From: Eledone cirrhosa
Lineage: Eukaryota
Direction: 5' to 3'
DNA: 64,000 bases
Assembly: GCA_964016885.1 (NCBI GenBank)
Contig: OZ024761.1
Coordinates: forward strand, 4,526,001 to 4,590,000
Shown here: positions 12,284 to 25,209 of the stretch, in pieces
Layout: each line of letters opens with the position of its first letter
Position numbering within the stretch: the stretch's first letter is position 1
Notes under the pieces: generated by a model
Seen by the model: only the letters and a program-made list of their open reading frames with translations
The model's database searches: none
What the model was told of the DNA's origin: nothing
Position numbers and translations under genes: made by a program

Positions 12284-15200
12284 CGATGTCTCATATGGTA
12301 CATCAGACCGGCAAGGGACATCTCATACCACATCAGACCTGCTAGGGACATGTCATACCACAACCGACCTGCAAGGGACATGTCATACTACATCAGACCT
12401 GCTAGGGATATGTCATACCACATCAGACCTGCTAGGGACATGTCATACTGCATTAGACCTGCTAGGCAGATGTCATACCACACCAGACTTGCTAGGGACA
12501 TGTCATACCATATCAGACCTGCTAGGGAGATCTCATTTCACATCAGACCTGTTAGTGAGATGTCATAATACATCAGACCTTCTAGGGATATGTCATACCA
12601 CATCAGACCTGCCAGGGACATATCATACCACATCAGACATGCTAGGCATATATCATACCACATCAGACCTGCTAGGGAAATGTCATACTACATCATACCA
12701 GCTAGGGAGATGTCATACCAGATCAAACCTGTTAGGGTGATGTCATACTATAGGGAGTTGTCATACCACATCAGACCTGTTAGGGAGATGTCATACCACA
12801 TCCAACCAGCTAGGGACATATCATACCACATCACACCTACAAGGGACATGTCATACCACATCAGACCTGTTAGGGACATGTCATTCCACGTCAGACGTGC
12901 TAGTGACATGTCATACCACATCAGACCTGCCAGGGACATGTCATACCACATCAGACCTGCAAGGTACAGGTCATACCACACCAGATCTCCAATGTACATG
13001 TCATACCACATCAAACCTGTTAGTGAGATGTCATACAGCATTAGACCTGCTCGGGACATGTCATACTACATCAGACCTGCTAGACAGATGTCATACCACA
13101 TCAGACATGCTAGGGACATGTCATACCACATCAGACATGCTAGGCACATATCATATCACATCAGACCTGCTAAGGAGGTGTCATACGACATCAGAACTGT
13201 TAGGGAGATGTCATACCATACCAAACCTGCTAGGGACATATCATACCACATCACACCTGCAAGGGACATGTCATACCACATCAGACCTGCTAGGGACATG
13301 TCATACCACATCAGATCTGCAAGGGACATGTCACACCACATCAGACCTGTTAGTAAGATGTCATACCGCATTAGACCTGCTAGGGACATGTTATACCACA
13401 TCAGACCTGCTAGGGACATGTCATACCACATCAGACCAGCTAGGCAGATGTCATACAACATGAGACCTGCTAGGGAGGTGTCATACCACATCAGATCTGA
13501 CCACATCAGACATGTTAGTGAGATGTCATACCACATTAAACCTGCTAAGGAGATATCATAATTCATCAGACCTGCTAGGCCATGTCATACCACATCAGAC
13601 CTGCTAGGGACATGTCATACCACATCAGACCTGCTAGGGACATGTCATACCACATCAGACCTGCCAGGGACATGTCATACCGCATTAGACCTGCTAGGGA
13701 CATGTCATACCACATCAGACCTGCTAGGCATATGTCATACAAGATCAGACCTGCTAAGAAGATGTAATACCACATTAGACCTGCTAGGGAGATGTCATAC
13801 CACTTCAGCTCTGACTACACAGACCGGTTAGTGAGATGCGATACCACATTAGACCTGCTAAGGAGATGTCATATAAATTAGACCTGCTAGGGCATGTCAT
13901 ACCACATCAGACATGCTAGGGAATGTCATACTACATAGGAGTTGCAAGGAACATGTCATACAACATCAGACCTGTTAGTGAGATGTCATAATACATCACA
14001 CCTGCAGGGGACATGTCATACGACATCAGACCTGCTAGGAACATGTCATACCACATCAGACGTACTAGGGACATGTTATACCACATCAGACCTGCCAGGG
14101 AGATGTCATACCGCATTAGACCTCCTAGGGACATGTCATACAACATCAGATCTGCAAGGCAGATGTCATACCACACATACCGGTTATTGAGATGTCATAC
14201 CACATTAGACCTGCTAGGGAGATGTCATAAAAATCAGACCTGCTAGGGCATGTCTAACCACATCAGATCTGTTAGTGAGATGTCATACCACATCAGACCT
14301 GCTAGGGAATGTCATACTACATCAGACATGCAAGGGACATATCATACCACATGAGACCTGCTAGGGACATGTCATACCACATCAGACCTTTTAGGGACAT
14401 GTCATACCACATGAGACCTGCTAGGGACATGTCATACCACATGAGACATGCTAGGAAGATGTCATACCACATCAGACCTGCTAAGGAGATGTCATACCAC
14501 ATTAGACATGCTAGGGAGGTATCATACCACATCATATCTGAACACACAGACCGGTTAGTGAGATGTCATACCACATTAGACCTGTTAGGGATATGTCATA
14601 AAAATCAGACCTTCTCGGGCATGTCAGACCACATCTGACCTGCTAGGGAATGTCATACTACATAAGACTGCAAGGGAGATATCATACCACATCAGACTGC
14701 TAGGCACATGTCATAATACATCAGACCTGCTAGGGACAAGTCATACCACATGAGACCTGCTAGGCACATAACATACCACATCAGACCTGCTAGGGAGATG
14801 TCATACTACATCAAACCAGGTAGGGAGATGTCATACCACATCAGACCTGTTAGGGAGATGTCATACTACATAAGACCAGCTAGGGAGATTTCATACCACA
14901 TCAGACCTGCTAGGGAAATGTCATACCACATCAGATCTGTTAGTGAGATGTCATACCACATTAGGCCTGCTAGGGAGATGTCGAAATACATCAGACCTGC
15001 TACGGCATGTCAAACCACATCAGAACTGCTAGGGAATGTCATACCACATCATACCTGCTAGGGAGAGGTCATACCGCATTAGACCTGCTAGGGACATGTC
15101 ATACCACATCAGACCTGCTAGGGAGAGGTCATACCGCATTAGACCTGCTAGGGACATGTCATACCACATCAGACCTGCTAGGCAGATGTCATACCACATC

Positions 15201-17300
15201 AGACCTGCTAGGGACATGTCATACCACATCAGACCTGCTAGGGAGAGGTCATACCGCATTAGACCTGCTAGGGACATGTCATACCACATCATACCTGCTA
15301 GGCAGATGTCATACTACATCAGACCTGCTAGGGAGATGTCATAAAAATCAGACCTGCTAGGGCATGTCATACCACATCAGACCTGTTAGGGAATGTCATA
15401 CTAGATCAGAGCTGCAAGGGACATGTCATACCCCATCAGACCTGTTAGTGAGATGTCATAATACATCAGACTTGCTAACGACATGTCACGCACATCAAAA
15501 CTGCTAGGGACATGTCATATCACATCAGTCATGCTAGGCACATATCATACCACATCAGACATGCTACGGAGATGTCATACTACATACCAGCTAAGGAGAT
15601 GTCATACCACATCAGACCTGTTAGGGTGATGTCATACTACATAAGACCTGCTAGGGACATATGATACCACATCACACCTGCATGGGCATGTCATACCACA
15701 TCAGACGTGCTAGGGACATGTCGGACATATCATACCACATCAGACCGGTTAGGGAGATGTCACACCACATCAGACCTGCTAGGGGCATGTCATACAACAT
15801 CAGACCTGCTAGGGAGATGTCATACCGCATTAGACATGCTAGGGAGTTTTCATACCGCATTAGACCTGCTAGGGACATGTCATACCACATCAGATCTGAC
15901 CACACAGACCGGTTAGTGAGATGTCATACCACATTAGACCTGCTAGGGAGATGTAATAAAAATCAGACCTGCTAGGGCATGTCATACCACATCAGACCTG
16001 TTAGGGAATGTCGTACTACATCAGAGCTGCAAGGCAAATGTGATACCACATCAGACCTGTTAGTGAGATGTCATAATACACCAGATTTGCTAGGGACATC
16101 ACCCACATCAGAATTGCTAGGGGCATATCATAACACATCAGACCTACTAGGGACATATCATTCCACATCTGACCTGCAAGGGACATATCATACCACATTA
16201 GACCTGCTAGGGAGATTTCATAATACATCGGACTTGCTAGGGACATGTCATACCACATCAGACCTGTTAGGGACATGTCATACCATATCAGAGCTGCTAG
16301 GGACATGTCATACTACATCAGATCTGACCACATAAGACATGTTAGTGAAATGTCATACAACATTAGCTCTGTTAGGGAGATGTCATAATACATCAGACAT
16401 GCTAGGGACATGTCATTCCACATCAGACCTGCTAGGCACATATCATACCAGATCAGACCTGCTAGGGAGATGTCATACCACATCAGACCTGCTAGGCACA
16501 TATCATACCACATCGGACATGCTTGGGATATGTCATACTACATCAGACCTACTAGGGACATGTCATACCACATCAGGCTTGCAATGTACATGTCATACCA
16601 CATCGATCTGCAAGGGAATGTCATACCACATCAGACCTGCTAGGGAGATGTCATACCACATCAGACCTGCTAGGGTCATGTCATACTACATCACCTGCTA
16701 GGGACATGTCATACCATATGAGATCTGCAAGGGATATGTCATACCACATCAGTCTTGCAAGCGAGATGTCATACCACATCAGATCTGCAAGGGACATGTC
16801 ATACCACATCAGACCTGTTAGTTAGATGTCATACCGCCTTAGACCTGCTAGGGACATGTCATACCACTTCAGACTTGCTAGGGACATGTCATCCACATCA
16901 GATCTGATCACATCAGACCTGTTAGTGAGATGTCTTACCACATCAGACCTGTTAGTGAGATGTCATAACACATCAGACCTGCTAGGGACATATCATACCA
17001 CATAAGACCTGCTAGGTACATATCATACCACATCAGACCAGCTAGGGAGATGTCATACCACATCAGATGTGCTAGGGACATGTCATAATACATCAGACCT
17101 GCTAGGGTCATGTCTTACCACATCAGACCTGTTAGTGAGATGTCATACCACATCAGACCTGCTAGGAACATGTAATACTACTTCAGACCTGCTAGGGACA
17201 TATCATACCACATCAGACCTGCAAGGGTCATATCATACAACATCAGACCTGCAAGGGACATGTCATACCACATCTGACCTGGTAGGGACATGTCATACTA
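12284..17300. repeat. Satellite A: ~30-bp unit CATCAGACCTGCTAGGGACATGTCATACCA, ~165 diverged copies
   Basis: Directly visible; source of the MSYHIRPARD pseudo-ORFs. Confidence 0.97.
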
Positions 17301-17390
17301 CAATTGTCGCATTTCGGGATAACGAGATGTGTAATACTGGGGTGAATCCACAGTCTGACTTACACACTGTGTTACACGCTACTGTATAAC

Positions 17391-17424
<34 letters not shown>

Positions 17425-17484
17425 TTATACATACATATATACATATATACATACATCTATACATACACAGATATATACATATAA

Positions 17485-20205
17485 GATGGCTGCCCCCTTG
17501 TTATCGAGTATGGCCATTGCACGAGACCCCCCCCCCCCAAAAAAAAAGCCATAATAATAATAGTAATAATAATAATAATAACAACAATAATAATAACAAG
17601 AACAACAATAATAATACACACACACACACCCACACACACACTTATAAACATATCTACACACACACACACACACACACACGATAGCAACTAACAGTGCTGC
17701 GATCGAATGTGGCTTTTTAGCCCAGCCAATGGTCTAAAATGTCTTGCACAGAGTCGGCAATCAAAACATTCACTGGGAATAGTCGGCTGTGGTTGGAGTT
17801 CGTGTACTTTTGCATGTCGCTTGAGCCCTCCTGCTGATCTACATTCTTTTCCATATGCTTGGCAAGCATGATGAGTAGCATCTCCAACAGCAGCCTGGTA
17901 GTCAACCACTGGTCTTACTTTATGACTGCGAAGATGACTTTCGAGTCCAGCTTTGCTTAGGCAGAGTCTCGCACATACGCTGCATGTCAGCACCATAGGA
18001 GGACCCTCGCCGTCTGGAAGTGCAACAGCAATGCCCTTCCTCATATCCCGCTTTACTTTCTCGTATGCGATTCGAGATGCCTCAAAGGCAACTTTCCTCT
18101 CATATACATTCTTTCTTCATTTATTACGATCAGCAGCAACATTTTTCCATGTATCAGCAGAGATGTTAGCGTCTTTCAGAGAGGCTTTCAAGGAATCCTT
18201 ATACCTCTTTTTGGTTTATGTGGAGGTCGTTTTCCTTTAACTAACTCCCCATAAAAGAGTTATTTTGGTATTCTAGAATCCTTCATCCTGGCAAGGTGAC
18301 CACTCCAATGGAGTCTTTACTTAAGCACAAAAGCTTCTATACTTTCACACAGAGAGCTTTCAAAAATCTCGACATCACTGATGTGATCCCTCCAGTGAAC
18401 GCCATGGATCCGTCTGAGACACATCTGATGGAAACGCTCCAATTGCTTAAGGTGGTGTCGATATGTGACCCAGGTCTCGCAGGCATAAAGAAGAGAAGAG
18501 AGCACACACGCCTTGTACACCTTTACCTTTGTCTTCTTGCATATGTCTCGCCGACCCCAGAGTCGCCTTTCTAGCTTTCCGAAAGCATCACTTGCTTTCC
18601 TAATTCTGAGTGGGATTTCATTATCAACCACTCCAAGTCATTTACCATACACATAGATATTTGGTTCACTGTACTGTTTACCAGGGGCAGGTTGGTTTAT
18701 GACGACAGTTTTCTTGAGACTGACAGTCAATCCTAGAGCAGTGCAAGCATCAGAAAATGCATTCAAAATGTGCTGCATATCACTGTGTGCGCTACAAGAT
18801 CGCAATCATCTGCATACAAGAGGTCTCTTATGATTGATGGAAATACTTTTGTTTTTGCAGCAAAGCGCTTGATGTTAAATATGCTGCCTGAGGTTCGATA
18901 TCGGATGTAAACACCATGCTCGCAATTCCTGAATGCAATATAGAAAACCATTGCAAAGTATATGGCAAACAGGGTCGGTGCTGGAATATGCCTCTGTTTC
19001 ACTCCATTTTTTTTTACTGAGATAGGCTCCGACATGTTACCTCCGACATTAACCCAAGCCTTCATGTCGTCATGGAAAGACCTAACCAAAGCAAGGAACT
19101 TATCAGGGCAACCAAGTTTCTGGAGAACCTTCCATAATGCATTTCTGTTAACAGTATCGAAAGCTTTTGTCAAGTCGACAAAAACCTGATACAGATCCAA
19201 ATCTTGTTCCATGCACTTCTCCTGGAGTTGTCTAGCTGAGAAGATCATATCAGTAGTGCCGCGTCCAGCATGAAAACCAGATTGACTTTCAGGAAGAACA
19301 CAATCTGCAATGTGTGTCAGCAGACGGTCCAGAAGCACCCTACATAAAACTTTCCCTACGACAGAAAGCAATGATATACCTCTGTAGTTCCCACAATCAT
19401 TCCTGTTACCCTTTCCCCTGTACAAGACTACTATTACTGCATTTCTCCAGTCCTCAGGTACGAATTCATTAGCCAATATCCTGCCAAACAAAGAGTGAAG
19501 ATGTTGCAGAAGTCTCTCACCACTATATTGTAGGAGCTCAGCATGTATGCCATCCATACCTGGAGACTTTCCACTGTTCAGCTTCGAGATAGCTACTGCA
19601 ACCTCCACAAGCGTCGGAGGTTCTGCGAGAGCTTCTTTCACAGGACTTTCTGGAATGAGATTGAGGAAATCTTCATTGACGACAGAGGCTGATTCAAAAG
19701 TTCATGAAAGTGCTCTCGCCACCTTCGTAGAATTCCTTGTGAGTCACGAAGAGGTTCTTTGCCATGCTTGCTGCGAAGCGGTATCACCAGAGAAGAAGAC
19801 GGTCCATAAACTTCACGCAATAGACTGTACAACAGCTTTCTGTTATTGGAGTCTGACGCAGCTTGTATCTCATCAGCCTTCTCACTCCACCACTGATCCT
19901 TCATCGGAGAAAGACTCTGCCTAACACGTGATTTCACATCCTTGAGTTCTTTATGCAACATATTTTTCTCCTGTGGTTTTGCCGTCAAGTATCGTGACAG
20001 AGCACGCCTCTTATCAGCCAACACGTCTTCTATATGTTCATCATTCTCATTAAACCAGTCCTGATGTTTTCTCTGCACCAATCCCAGAACACGCCTGCCT
20101 ACATCATAAACCCACTTTTTAAGGGTCGGCCAATCCTCACCAAGATCTGCAACCTGGCGCCATACAGAACTGTTACCGGATGAGAGTGTATGATAAAGAA
20201 ACAAT
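17485..20205 (-). mobile_element. RTE-clade LINE, 5'-truncated and frameshifted; RT plus C-terminal C2H2 zinc fingers
   Basis: KSPGMDG, NYRGISLLS, FVDLTKAFD, YADD (18763-19641); YACETW; CSVC..SHLRSH and CRLC..SHIRSQH (17688-18044); 3' UTR about 17485-17530. Confidence 0.92.
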
Positions 20206-20600
20206 CTTGTCTAGTGCCGTGTGTAAAGATAGAAGGCAAGGGCGGAAAGGTCAATGTCCTGCCACTAGAAATAGCAGCAGTTAAAACGACCAAAATGTTA
20301 TCTCGACCTTAGGGGAGATTAATAATAATAAAGTATGTTTTCCTACGTGCAAAAAATGCATATAGGTACACATGTATTATCCAACCGTATGCCAATGTGA
20401 TATATATATTACCGTCATTACTGATACAAGATTATGTCAAACTTGACTTTCGAAAGAGTTCGTATAATTGAAGCCGTTCGTGTTACCGTTCAGTATTATT
20501 ATAATTGCTTTACAGCATTGAGCTATGGCCCTCCACGCTCCGAGCACAAATCCCGCCAAGGTCAACCTTGCCTTTCATCCCCACGGACATACATATATAC

Positions 20601-20633
<33 letters not shown>

Positions 20634-20639
20634 CATATA

Positions 20640-21130
20640 TGGTGGCTGCCAACTCGTTTTCGAGTACGGCCACTACTTTATATCCATGAAGGAGAACCCC
20701 TACCGATGCGCTGAACGAGTGTGACTTTTTAGTCCAGCCAGCGACTTGAAAACTCTGGTACAAACACTACACTTGTGACAATTATTGACACACAGTGCTG
20801 GGCCTATGGCACCATATGACGACAAGTGCAGAGAGATCTCTAGATATAAAGCAATGCCTGTGCCGTGAAGCTTTTATAGTTAGCAAAGGCACTGCACAAA
20901 GCCAGTCCCACTCTCTTAACCAAGATGATATTTACCAAAAAGAAGAACAAGTCAACATCATTGGATACCATCAGGGTTGCAGGTGTTATATCAGAGTTTT
21001 CCTTCTCCTAGAATTCTGCCTTGACAAAGGCTAAGGGGTCATCTCTCCCCTTAAGAACTCCTTTACCCTTTGACAGGTTTTGGTTTTAGTCCTGCAGGAT
21101 GTCCAAAGTCACCCTCCTCACCAAGAAACC
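20640..21130 (-). mobile_element. Bipartite non-autonomous RTE derivative (5' UTR joined to zinc-finger 3' end), copy 1, 5'-truncated
   Basis: Near-identical to 23589-24178 and 30155-30763. Confidence 0.8.
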
Positions 21131-21620
21131 TTGGTGTAGTGTATTCTTTTCCAGGTGCTGGCTGGTACATCACAACAGTCTTTTCCAAGCTTATTGTGAG
21201 GACCAAAGTGCTGAAAGCTTCAGAAAAAGAGTTCATAATATGCTGCATGTCACTTTGTGGGTGTGAAAAACGATCGCAGTCATCTGCATACAAAAACTCT
21301 CGGATTATAGATGTTAATACCTTCATGCTTGCACCAAAGCGCCTGATGTTGAACAGCCTCCCTGAAGTACGACACCCAATGTAAATTACATACAAAAACT
21401 CTCGGATTATAGATGTTAATACCTTCGTGCTTGCACCAAAGCGCCTGATGTTGAACAGCCTTCCTGAAGTACGACACCCAATGTAAATTACATACAAACA
21501 CTCTCGGATTATAGATGTTAATACCTTCATGCTTGCACCAAAGCGCCTGATGTTGAACAGCCTTCCTGAAGTGTGATACCTGATGTAAATTACATGCGAA
21601 CAATTCTTCCTGAATGCCAT
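21131..21620 (-). mobile_element. RTE RT fragment with a 102-bp tandem triplication
   Basis: YADD present; RTSGRLFNIRRFGAS.KVLTSIIRE occurs three times. Confidence 0.85.
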
Positions 21621-21649
21621 GAGAACACTATCTTAAAATATAAGGAAAA

Positions 21650-21790
21650 CATATCTACACATGCAGGCATACATACATAATCTACCTAGTTGATGTTGTG
21701 TAAATTCCAATGAGAGAGACTTGTGTCTATGTTAGAAACCGACTCTCTCTCTATGTGGAAAAAATGTGAAATTATAAAACCAGAAGAACA
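21650..21790 (+). mobile_element. 3' UTR-only copy of R4/Dong-like family A
   Basis: Matches 23437-23550; ends in (CATA)n. Confidence 0.75.
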
Positions 21791-21810
21791 TACATACATA
21801 CATACATACA

Positions 21811-23550
21811 TTCTTTGTGGACGATCTGAAACTCTATGTCAAGAACATGGATGGCATGAAGAAAAATCTTGACCTGGTTACAACGTTCTCAAAGGATATA
21901 GGAATGGAGTTTGGCCAAGATAAATGCTCATGCATGACTGTAAAGCGGGGAAAAACAACAACCCAATCTAGCAACATTGTCATCAATGGCCTAACTGTTT
22001 CACCAATATCTGATGAGGACTGCTACAGATACCTGGAGATAGATGAGAACATATCCTATAATGGTATCTGTAATAAGGAACGCGTAACCAGGGAATACTA
22101 CTGTGCCTGTCCTAACACCAACGTTTGGGATACTCAATTGGACGATAGACGAAATCCGAGCAGTTGATGTTGGAACTCGAAAAATACTAAACAACACCGG
22201 AAACTTCCACATCAACAGTGACATAAACCGCCTTTACTTGAAACGTAAGCAGGGAGGCAGAGGCCTAACATCAGTCCAGACAGCATTTGAATGTCGCATC
22301 ATATCCCTCCGACAACATCTACGAACCTCGAAGCGTAGGAGCCCGTCTCTCGAGCAAGTCTATCTGCATGAAACAGATAAGATCATGAGAGTTGGGAAGG
22401 AACTCCTCGAGAGATATTTCCTGTGTGATAATCAAAAACTCACACCCAGGGAAGTTGCTCAGCAGTATCACAGTGAATCCATGGATGAAAAACTGCATGC
22501 TTACCAGCAAAAAATCATGCCTGGATATGTTGCCAGGAAGCTCCAGAGTGAGAGCAATATAGATAAGGAAAGTAGTCTATCTTGGACCAACAACCGTTAT
22601 TTTGGCTCCCACTTTGGAGGATACGCTTTTGCAATCCAAGAACAGGAGATTAACACGAAATACCTGATTCACAAAATAGATAGGGATGCAGGCAAAATAC
22701 CTAGATGTGATAACAAGTGCAGACTCTGCAGAACTAACATCGAGGATATCACCCATGTCACCAGCAGCTGTCCAAAGATGTCATCGCGGTACTATCTACC
22801 TATGAGGCATGATGTAGTGGCCAAAACACTGTACAATGCAATCCGTAAAAAAGATAGCCCCGATAATAAACACATTAAAAGCTACAGCAATGTGGAAGAC
22901 ATCCACGTACATAATATGAAAGAGTACTGGTGTAATGTTCCAGTAAAAACCTCAATAAAATGCAGGCATAACAGACCAGATATTATTATATGGGACAGGG
23001 AGAACAAAGCATGCACAGTAGTGGAAATTAGCTGCCCAATTAGATGCCAATATAATATCAAAGATTAGCGAAAAGGAGAATATTTATGCAGAACTGATGA
23101 GAAATCTGCAGATACTCCACCCTGATTACACCTTCAGATTTATGCCGGTGATTATTGGGGCACTGGGGTATGTAAGTAACTGCATCAATACAAATCTTGA
23201 GAAGCTAGGCTTCACAGGAACAGAAAGAACACAACTAGTTAGGAAATTACAAGTACAATCTATTAATGGAACAGTAAAAATATGTAAAACATTCCAAAAA
23301 TTTTGCATCTAATAACTGCATATACACATGTACAGATACAAAGCATATACACATGCATACATAACATACACATCCACACATTCAATAACAACTATACCTG
23401 CACACACACACATACATGCAGACATACATACATACATATCTACCTAGTTGATGTTGTGTAAATTCCAATGATAGAGTCTTGTGTCTATGTTAGAAACCGA
23501 CTCTCTCTCTATTGGCAAAAATTTGTGAAATTATAAAACCAGAAGAACAT
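21811..23550 (+). mobile_element. R4/Dong-like non-LTR retrotransposon (family A), 5'-truncated and frameshifted
   Basis: FVDDLKLY RT motif, GGRGL, CCHC knuckle CRLC..EDITHVTSSC, RHD, and RPD..D..VEIS restriction-like endonuclease. Confidence 0.88.
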
Positions 23551-23588
23551 ACATACACACATATATACATATATACATACATAATACA

Positions 23589-24178
23589 TGGTGGCTGCCA
23601 ACTCGTTTTCGAGTACGGCCACTACTTTATATCCATGTACCGATGCACTGAATGAGTGTGACTTTTTAGTCCAGCCAGCGACTTGAAAACTCTGGTACAA
23701 ACACTACACTTGTGACAATTATTGACACTGCTGGGCCCATGGTACCATGTGATGACAAGTGCAGAGAGATCTCCAGATATAAAGCAATGCCTGTACCGTG
23801 AAGCTTTTATAGTGAGCAAAAGCACTGCACAAAGCCAGTCCCACTCTCTTAACCAAGATGATATTTACCAAAAAGAAGAACAAGTCAACATCATTGGATA
23901 CCATCAGAGTTGCAGGTGTTATATCAGAGTTTTCCTTCTCCTAGAATTCTGCCTTGACAAAGGGGTCATCTCTCCCGGTGATTTTGGATGGCCATTGACT
24001 CTTAAGAGCTCATTTGCCCTTTGACAGGTTTTGTTTTTAGTCCTGCAGGATGTCCAAAGTCACCCTCCTCACCAAGAAACCTTGTTGAGGTTGCCAGTTT
24101 AGTCGCCAACGACCCGACCATGGGACAGGTTGTACTGGGGTACATGTTACCAGTAGCACCAACTGGTGACCTGACATA
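23589..24178 (-). mobile_element. Bipartite RTE derivative, copy 2
   Basis: Complete ~590-bp unit between TACA microsatellites. Confidence 0.8.
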
Positions 24179-24599
24179 ATACATACATACATACATCCTT
24201 CTTTCTTTCCTGCCTTGTTTCACTTTTCTTGAAACTGTAAAAATAATTTTCGTATTATTAAGTGAAATATTATCCGACTTCAGCATAGGAGAGCGTAATA
24301 AGCACTGTTGAACCAACTACAGCTCAACACGGCTCTTGGAACGCTGCACTGGACGCTGTCTTTATTCAAACGGTGAAAGTTCTTAACTGGCCGACATTTG
24401 CTACAATCTAACCATTAGACTCATTATAAAAGTCACCGTGAGTCATCGTGTACATGAAGATCTACTACATTATACACATAGTCAGGTAACATATTATCTT
24501 CTCTTCTCTCATTTTGCATGCTTCTCTCCCCTTTCACCCTTTTAAAGACGGTCCAAATTGGCTGAAATATATCTTCAGAATATATCTTAAGTATGGTCA

Positions 24600-24830
24600 T
24601 TTGGTATCCGGTCAGGGTAATTAGACTGGTACCACTTCTGAGTATCGAGCATCACTTGGTATCGATGACTCCCAGATCAATACGAGAGCGGGTGGTTGGT
24701 CCACTCCTTCTCGATCCTTCACTTTAAAATGTTGACTGAGGGTGTGTCAACTGTTTCCTGTTTGAGGTTGTTCCAACACGTCGGATAGAAAGCTTTGCAG
24801 CGCCCGTTTCTGCTCCCTGCTCTCTATCAT
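24600..24830 (-). mobile_element. CR1/L2-like LINE 3' remnant
   Basis: Minus strand WNNLKQETVDTPSVNILK*RIEKEW resembles the WN.LP..V..PS...FK..LD..W terminus. Confidence 0.55.
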
Positions 24831-24885
24831 CTGAATTCACGTCCCTTCGAGATCAACTTTGCCTTTAATCCTTTCGAGGGGAATT

Positions 24886-25073
24886 AATAATTGTTTCTAC
24901 GTTAGGCACAAGGCCAGCAATTAACCAGTGCATTACTGGTACTTTATTTTATCGACCCCGTAAGGATGAAAGGCAAAGTCAACCTCGGCGGGATTTGAAC
25001 TCAGATCGTAAAGGGACGTAACTATGCTGGAAAGCATGGCGTCCGGCCCTCTACCGATACTGCCAATCCTCCA
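24886..25073 (-). mobile_element. Same SINE family, near full length
   Basis: Body match; GAATTAATAAT duplicated on the flanks. Confidence 0.85.
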
Positions 25074-25209
25074 GAATTAATAATATACCTGTTTAGTACC
25101 GGGGTTCATTCTTCCTTTATATTTCTTTCTCACCTTCTCTCTATCACTCTATTTCTCTTTCTCTGGGAGAAATCGGTTGTGGTCAGACCTGAAGAGTGAC
25201 AAACTCACA

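Noticed and set aside
12263-17389. MSYHIRPARD / TCHTTSDLLG repeat ORFs as a structural protein (e.g. reflectin-like)
   Set aside because: A 30-bp unit is open in several frames by construction. Frequent indels and stops break the frames, and there is no reflectin MD(X)5MD motif.
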